DNA of 64,000 nucleotides from a virus, in IMG/VR virus record IMGVR_UViG_3300031578_000005, positions 64,514-128,513 of that record; one strand, given 5' to 3'. The notes under the pieces are model-generated. The model worked only from the letters and a program-made list of their open reading frames with translations, was not told the DNA's origin and did not search any database. Shown in pieces: positions 58,550 through 64,000 of this stretch. Position 1 is the first letter of the stretch. Each line of letters begins with the position of its first letter. The translations under genes and the position numbers were made by a program.

Positions 58550-58903
58550 ATGGAAACAAGAACAACACATGAATTGCTTACGATCTTAAGAGATAATGCT
58601 AAGGTTGATCAAACAGGATTGATAATTCGAGCAGGACTTTGCTATGAAGTTGGCCCCCTGAATACTAAAGAACTAATTAATGATGATGAATATTCATTGT
58701 TACGTCATTATATTAAGGTTAATATGCCCAAATATACAATTCCTGTTGATACTAAAATTATTGACTATGACGATAATTTCAACATAATCGATCATTACGA
58801 TGATTTTAGTCAAACTGGTTTTGGTTGGCTACCAACATCATGGAAACCTAGATTGAGGTGGTTAAATAAACACATTAAGTTAACTTTAAAAAATGCCGTT
58901 TAA
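58550..58903 (+). CDS. Hypothetical protein
   Basis: RT..ELL.IL..GLC..W..PRL.WL. Confidence 0.6.
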   Translation: METRTTHELLTILRDNAKVDQTGLIIRAGLCYEVGPLNTKELINDDEYSLLRHYIKVNMPKYTIPVDTKIIDYDDNFNIIDHYDDFSQTGFGWLPTSWKPRLRWLNKHIKLTLKNAV

Positions 58904-58933
58904 TTGTTTGTAATAACAGGTTAATTAAAAAAT

Positions 58934-59107
58934 ATGAAAAAATTATTAAAATTAATAGAAAAGTACGAAGAAAAAAGCGGAAGGACTTGTGTCGAAATCC
59001 GAATTTTTTCAGATGGTAGTGGAACAGTAACTGAGTGGGACTTTGAACTTTTTTCTTTTAATAATTTAGAAGAACTGAACAAATGGTTGGTAGGTTGTTC
59101 TATTTAA
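58934..59107 (+). CDS. Small hypothetical protein (not in ORF track)
   Basis: MKKLLKLIEKYEEKSGRTCVEIRIFSDGSG... Confidence 0.45.
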   Translation: MKKLLKLIEKYEEKSGRTCVEIRIFSDGSGTVTEWDFELFSFNNLEELNKWLVGCSI

Positions 59108-59118
59108 AACATGATAAA

Positions 59119-59370
59119 ATGAATTGGAATAACGGAACATTACAGACACCACAATTGAGAATACAAATTACAAACTCTCATATCCAAGCAAAAGGGATTT
59201 GGGTTATGCATGTAAGAGAATTTAACTGGAACACAAAACAAATTGGCGTACCAAATGAAGCTACCGAAGAAGAAGCCCAAATTGCAGCTGTTGAATTAGT
59301 GAGGAAGTATGTAAATGATATGCTGACTGCTTTAAATGGCTTACTTGAAAGAAACCAAAAAGACTGTTAA
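59119..59370 (+). CDS. Hypothetical protein
   Basis: ORF. Confidence 0.55.
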   Translation: MNWNNGTLQTPQLRIQITNSHIQAKGIWVMHVREFNWNTKQIGVPNEATEEEAQIAAVELVRKYVNDMLTALNGLLERNQKDC

Positions 59371-59454
59371 GCAAAAAAATGGAACTCGAATAAACCCAGT
59401 GCCGAAATAACCGACACTGATAATTGATTAAAACAAATTTAAAACCTAGAAATA

Positions 59455-59796
59455 ATGAGCGATTTAAAAGTAGAAGATTTTTTTAGAAAATGGGTAGGAA
59501 CTAGACCCAATTTAAAGACAGCCTTTCATGAAGCTGGAATTGAAGCTATGGCATTTGCAGTAGCTTACCATAAAGCACTACAGAAAGCGAATGAGGCTGA
59601 AACGGGAGAAAGCAACTGCACTATATTTGGTGTTATACACTGGGCGTTTTTACCAGAACAGACACCAAGCTACGGTGATGAAATACTATTAGTTTACCCA
59701 CCAGAGCAAATGACAAAGCCGATTGTTACAATATACGATAGAAATACAGAATGGATTGATGGTTGCAAGTACGCAGTTATTACGCCTTGTGTATAA
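59455..59796 (+). CDS. Hypothetical protein reading through an attC-like right arm
   Basis: GTTATACAC at 59632 is complementary to GTGTATAAC at the stop (59789-59797). Confidence 0.55.
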   Translation: MSDLKVEDFFRKWVGTRPNLKTAFHEAGIEAMAFAVAYHKALQKANEAETGESNCTIFGVIHWAFLPEQTPSYGDEILLVYPPEQMTKPIVTIYDRNTEWIDGCKYAVITPCV

Positions 59797-59861
59797 CGGA
59801 AAGTATATGTTTTCGGTTGCGATTAAAAGCAGCTAATCATCAATTACAAATAAACTTACAA

Positions 59862-60122
59862 ATGGGAGTAAAAGGAATAAGAACGAACGAAACCGCAACT
59901 GAAATATATACAGTGTTACCAACTTTTAAAATTAATTTACTAAAATATATCAAAATGAGAAAATGGATTAATTTAATACGATTTATCAAAAAGCACCGAA
60001 GTAGAGGCATTGCTTCCTTTAGTGTAGTAACCAATAGCGATACTTTCATAATAACCACAGAAGATTGTGAACAAACAGAAGCTTCTTGGAAAGAAAATAT
60101 GCTTAGGATACCTTACAGATAG
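59862..60122 (+). CDS. Cassette ORF, hypothetical
   Basis: ATG in hairpin loop, or at downstream MRKWIN. Confidence 0.5.
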   Translation: MGVKGIRTNETATEIYTVLPTFKINLLKYIKMRKWINLIRFIKKHRSRGIASFSVVTNSDTFIITTEDCEQTEASWKENMLRIPYR

Positions 60123-60224
60123 CCGCAATGCTGGCATTAATTTTTATTGTGGGTAACGTTGAGTATTGGCGTTTGTTGCCGATTAGAAAGCACTTAATTA
60201 TCAAATTACTAAACACTTTATAAA

Positions 60225-60428
60225 ATGGAAAATACTTCAAATACCCACGAAAACGGCAATAACGCTAATACTGTGTTATGTGGCGTTATTGATAGGATAT
60301 TAACCGAAAAGAAAGTAGATAGTTGTCCCAAAATATTACCACAATGCCAATTAGGTGATGTTTGCATATTATGTGATACAATGACTAAAGATAAGCCTAA
60401 AAACTGTCTTAGACATAATGCCACATAA
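60225..60428 (+). CDS. Cassette ORF, Cys-rich, with MENTSNTHENG leader
   Basis: Starts in loop; stop is core TAAC. Confidence 0.55.
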   Translation: MENTSNTHENGNNANTVLCGVIDRILTEKKVDSCPKILPQCQLGDVCILCDTMTKDKPKNCLRHNAT

Positions 60429-60495
60429 CGTTGAGTATTGGCGTTGTTGCCGATTAGAAACCACAAAATTATTAATTTACTAAATACTTTATAAA

Positions 60496-60708
60496 ATGGA
60501 AAATACTTCAAATACCCACGAAAACGGCAATTGCGCTAACCGTGTGTTAGCGGTTGTTACTCCTGAAATGGAGCAATTCGCAAGTGAATATGGTTTATTT
60601 ATCATATCAGTAGGGCAAAAATATATCAATGCTTTATCGCCTGATTTTACGACAGAAAGCAGTATGGAAATATTTAAACGTGAGTATTGGGGTCGGAAGT
60701 GGTTTTAA
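60496..60708 (+). CDS. Cassette ORF with same MENTSNTHENG leader
   Basis: Hairpin near-identical to 60154-60278. Confidence 0.55.
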   Translation: MENTSNTHENGNCANRVLAVVTPEMEQFASEYGLFIISVGQKYINALSPDFTTESSMEIFKREYWGRKWF

Positions 60709-60822
60709 TAACCGCTAACGTTGACAATAAGAAATGTATGGGATTTAGAAGCAGTAACCTATCCACATACACCGAACTAAATTAAATTTGCATTTGTAAT
60801 TATATTTGTGTATATTTGTAGT

Positions 60823-61377
60823 ATGAAAGCATACGTTTATACACATACAAGATTAGATACCAATGAAATATTTTATGTTGGCATTGGAACACAAGACAAT
60901 TACAGGAGGGCATCAAAAACGGTAAATAGGTCTGTATTTTGGAAAAACATAATAAATAAAACTGGATGGAAAGTAGATATTGTTTTTGATAATTTAAGTT
61001 GGGATAAAGCTTGTGAAATAGAAAAAGAATTAATAATAAAATATGGGCGTAAAGATTTATGTTTAGGTAGTTTAGTTAATTTAACAGACGGAGGTGACGG
61101 AAATTCTGGAAGAAAAATATCACAAGAAACAAGACAAAAAATGTCAAATATGAAAAAAGGCGTTCCAAAATCTGATGAACATAAAAAAAATATGAGTATA
61201 GCACTAAAAAACAATAACAGTACAAAAGTGATTGATACAAATACAGGCTTTATTTATAATTCTGTACACGAAGCAGCTGAAGAAAATGGGTTAAAAAACT
61301 ATGTTTTAAGTAACTACTTAACTGGTAGAACGAAAAACAACACGACATTAAAATATTATATTGATAAAACTTGTTAA
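60823..61377 (+). CDS. GIY-YIG-like homing endonuclease with NUMOD3/NUMOD1-like DNA-binding modules
   Basis: YVYTH..FYVGIG..R; LVNLTDGGDG; SQETRQKMS..SDEHKKNMS; YNSVHEAA; upstream TAnnTTTG promoter. Confidence 0.75.
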   Translation: MKAYVYTHTRLDTNEIFYVGIGTQDNYRRASKTVNRSVFWKNIINKTGWKVDIVFDNLSWDKACEIEKELIIKYGRKDLCLGSLVNLTDGGDGNSGRKISQETRQKMSNMKKGVPKSDEHKKNMSIALKNNNSTKVIDTNTGFIYNSVHEAAEENGLKNYVLSNYLTGRTKNNTTLKYYIDKTC

Positions 61378-61505
61378 AGTTTAATTATAAAACAATTAAG
61401 GCGAAGAAGCGTAGCCTTTATGAACGCTTCATAGTACAACTGCACAATTTGGCACAAACACCCATATATTTTTTATTGTGTGTTACCACCAGTATTTTAT
61501 TCATC

Positions 61506-61673
61506 ATGGCTAAAAAAACTAATAAGAAAATTAACTGGAGTAAATGTGATAAACCTTACAAAGAGATATTTCACGGAATTTGCTTCAATTATTGCATAAA
61601 TCGAAACTGCTTAATATCGAAAGAAACGTGTGTCGCTTATCAAAAATGGGATAAGTCCGATGGGGTCTTTTAA
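61506..61673 (+). CDS. Cassette ORF, small Cys-rich
   Basis: Between GTT 61482 and TAAC 61683. Confidence 0.45.
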   Translation: MAKKTNKKINWSKCDKPYKEIFHGICFNYCINRNCLISKETCVAYQKWDKSDGVF

Positions 61674-61726
61674 TATTGGCGGTAACGGTTGCAAATATGA
61701 AACGTTACAACACAAATGATAATTAA

Positions 61727-61754
61727 TGTAACAAAAATTGAAAATTAACGTATA
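61727..61754 (+). promoter_or_regulatory. ECF-type promoter inside an attC-like loop
   Basis: TGTAAC-aaaaattgaaaattaa-CGTATA. Confidence 0.6.
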
Positions 61755-61812
61755 ATATAATTGCAACACAACAGCAATGTTTTATATTTGTTGTTATAAA
61801 CATGTAAAAATT

Positions 61813-61998
61813 ATGGAGCAGAAAAAATTAGTAGAAAAGTTGATTAAGGCATCAAATGAAATTTCTAAAAATAGAAAACCGAGTGCCAATTATATACATC
61901 TAAGTAAAGAATATATACAACAGCAAGCAGATGAACGAAAAATTTCATTTGATGACATGGTAGAAATTATTAAAAAGGAACTGATGCCTAATGAATAA
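61813..61998 (+). CDS. Cassette ORF, hypothetical
   Basis: Between GTT 61793 and TAAC 62012. Confidence 0.55.
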   Translation: MEQKKLVEKLIKASNEISKNRKPSANYIHLSKEYIQQQADERKISFDDMVEIIKKELMPNE

Positions 61999-62096
61999 TT
62001 TTTATTGTTTATAACATTGAATGTATGTGTAGTACAGCCTTGCACATATTTTCAACTTAAAACTAAACTTAATTGGCTGTATTACATATACATATT

Positions 62097-62216
62097 GTTA
62101 TAAAACGTTTATTATGATTGACAAACTACATACAGAAATTGAAAACTTCATAAATTCAGATAATGACTGGATGCGTAAAACCTATGAAGTCGATGAAGCA
62201 AATACTTATACACCTT
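62097..62216 (+). pseudogene. Truncated cassette fused to next right arm
   Basis: GTTATAAAAC start lacks a complementary end; ORF MIDKLH.. runs into cttatacacct-tGTTA. Confidence 0.45.
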
Positions 62217-62338
62217 GTTATATGCTGTGCGGAAATATACCACTAAACTTAAATCGAAGAACTAAACCTTTTTGTTTTATTTTTGTGGGAGGATTTTAAA
62301 AAATTGAATATTTATATAGAATAAAACTATTTAATAAT

Positions 62339-62887
62339 ATGGAATTAAGAAAATTTATAGCAACTACTATACGTGAATATTTGAACGAACAAGAAATTGG
62401 TGGAAGTGGGTTGATTTTATATCATGGTTCTGGTGAAGATAAACCATTTGAAAAATTCAATAACAATCAATTTTTCACGGTAAATGATTATATTGCATGT
62501 AATTATGCTGAAAATAATGGTGGCTTACTCTATAAGGTTAAAACAGATATAAGAAAAACTTTAGAACTTAAAGGTAATTATGTAAGTCTTGGTGGAAAAT
62601 CTATGAAAACTATCGAACCAGAACAATATGAGTTAGAATATAGTTTAGTGAAAAAATTATATGGTGATTCAGCTTTAGAACATTGGTTGAATCATGGATT
62701 TAATCCAAGTCCTGCACATGTTTTTAACGGTGATTATACAGCAATAATTAATTGGGCAAAAAATAATGGTTATGATTCTATTAAATTTTTTGATGAGTCA
62801 TTTGATACATTTGTTAGGGATATTACGTATATAATTTTTAATGGAAATAATATTAAAATTATTGATGTTAGTGAACCTGATTGCTAA
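62339..62887 (+). CDS. Putative ADP-ribosyltransferase-fold (ART-PolyVal-like) cassette cargo with IREYLNE N-terminus
   Basis: LYHGS..F..F..FFT..A..YA...GYDSI..YIIF..NIK. Confidence 0.6.
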   Translation: MELRKFIATTIREYLNEQEIGGSGLILYHGSGEDKPFEKFNNNQFFTVNDYIACNYAENNGGLLYKVKTDIRKTLELKGNYVSLGGKSMKTIEPEQYELEYSLVKKLYGDSALEHWLNHGFNPSPAHVFNGDYTAIINWAKNNGYDSIKFFDESFDTFVRDITYIIFNGNNIKIIDVSEPDC

Positions 62888-63051
62888 AAATAAAACAAAA
62901 AGAATGTTACGATGAAACTTAATACGAAGCAGAAACGCAGCATTGCATATAACGGACGGCAATATATGTAGTTGCCTTGCACAAAACTTTAAAATTATTA
63001 TAAACCTTAATAGGCAATTACATATATTGCTTGTTAGCAACAGTACGGATT

Positions 63052-63285
63052 ATGAAAAAAATTGATGAATATAGCGAAAAAGCTGGTGCTTTATTTTTGA
63101 TAGAACAGCACACTATCGGTAATTTACGTGATGAAGCTGATTTGAATAACGCCAAATATCACGCACAACAGACAGTAGGTTTTATTGAAGATTTATTGTT
63201 GAATATAGATGGTACGATTGAAGATAAGATTCAATTTCTATCAAAAATAAAGGAAGAAATACCTAAATTTCACGGTAAGGGTTAG
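63052..63285 (+). CDS. Cassette ORF, hypothetical
   Basis: Between GTT 63033 and TAAC 63295. Confidence 0.55.
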   Translation: MKKIDEYSEKAGALFLIEQHTIGNLRDEADLNNAKYHAQQTVGFIEDLLLNIDGTIEDKIQFLSKIKEEIPKFHGKG

Positions 63286-63360
63286 TATTGTTGCTAACGG
63301 TCAAGCGTAAGATACGTTGCGATTTAATGCACAAATTTTTAAACTTATAAAAACATTGAT

Positions 63361-63579
63361 ATGAAACAGAAAAATAACAAATTAGCACAATTTAAGCAAT
63401 GGATTTTACGCTTTGTTATAGGGCGTTATTTCTATTACTTATTCAATATATTAGTTGGATTGGTCATTGCTTTATTAACATATCCATTTAGATTAATAGG
63501 TGGTAAAATAGGGTTAAAATCTGATATATGCTCATGGCTCGATAAACACTTTCCATTGCCTGATGATAATGCCCTATAA
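63361..63579 (+). CDS. Cassette ORF, membrane protein
   Basis: Starts in loop; stop is core TAAC 63577. Confidence 0.55.
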   Translation: MKQKNNKLAQFKQWILRFVIGRYFYYLFNILVGLVIALLTYPFRLIGGKIGLKSDICSWLDKHFPLPDDNAL

Positions 63580-63638
63580 CGGTCGCAGATATACTAAGTT
63601 TTTGATTAAATAGTAATAATTTTAAATAACAGATAACG

Positions 63639-63887
63639 ATGAAAAATGAACAAAAATATTATAACTTACCAGACCAAAAATTTGGTATATCTGGTGTTAT
63701 TAGTAATTATTCATGTCCAATATGTGATTTAGGACATAAACCTAAAAAAGTTTTTTATATTCCAATAAAAGATAAGAATGGAATACCAAAAGATAAATCA
63801 CTAAGAGTAATAGAAGGTAGTGAATTACATAAAAAACTTTTGAATGGTGGTACAAAATTGCCTATGTGCTGGATTGTTGAAGAATAA
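63639..63887 (+). CDS. Cassette ORF with CPIC motif
   Basis: Starts in loop, reads through GTT 63696. Confidence 0.55.
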   Translation: MKNEQKYYNLPDQKFGISGVISNYSCPICDLGHKPKKVFYIPIKDKNGIPKDKSLRVIEGSELHKKLLNGGTKLPMCWIVEE

Positions 63888-64000
63888 TTACTTATAACGT
63901 TGAGTATAAGAAACGTAGCGTTTTGAAATACTGAACAACAATAACTTACAAATGTAAAATTGAAATAGAAACTTAATATTAACCACAGGCTCAGCTATGT

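Larger units (their letters stand above)
59610..64000. mobile_element. attC-like cassette block 2 (at least 10 cassettes, runs off window)
   Basis: GTT/AAC end pairs 59632/59797, 59915/60157, 60275/60429, 60546/60719, 61482/61686, 61793/62015, 62217/62953, 63033/63298, 63415/63580, 63696/63898. Confidence 0.8.

Noticed and set aside
62798-63040. Apparent protein family VICNA.F.LR.KFHRNILFVLF shared with 52073..52315
   Set aside because: The similarity comes from the shared non-coding cassette flank read in the same frame.
1-64000. Stop-codon reassignment (alternative genetic code)
   Set aside because: Long genes are intact in code 11, TAG and TGA end genes at sensible positions, and no suppressor tRNA was identified.
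56490-64000. Cassette hairpins as simple intrinsic terminators, or a complete integron
   Set aside because: The arms are far apart, lack T-tails and show unit-specific end complementarity. No integrase or attI is visible here, so a complete integron cannot be claimed.

Overview
AT-rich segment of a large (jumbo-type) tailed phage genome, most likely infecting Bacteroidota (T9SS-cargo-like gene, Bacteroidota-type class II RNR, TAnnTTTG promoters). 1-27.6 kb: nucleotide-metabolism genes (nrdJ-type RNR, dNMP-kinase/HAD fusion, IMPDH/GMPR-like, metallophosphoesterase), zinc-ribbon endonucleases, a VWA protein, a bL12 homologue, a tRNA cluster behind an apparent leader-peptide attenuator, a tnpB gene and two tnpB-end remnants. 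At 27.7-27.9 kb is a phased A/T-tract plus G-tract element. From 28 to 58 kb, a phage ECF sigma factor is followed by dozens of small genes and ncRNAs, nearly all preceded by the same TGTAAC-N16/17-CGTATA promoter. The most novel-looking signal is an integron-like cassette system. At least 13 units at 56.5-64 kb, plus isolated units at 22.7-23.7 kb and 52.2-52.9 kb, each begin with GTTnnnnnn, end with the complementary nnnnnnAAC, and are separated by attC-like imperfect hairpins. The hairpin loops carry start codons, a promoter or whole genes. No integrase is present in this window. All calls were made by eye, without database searches.
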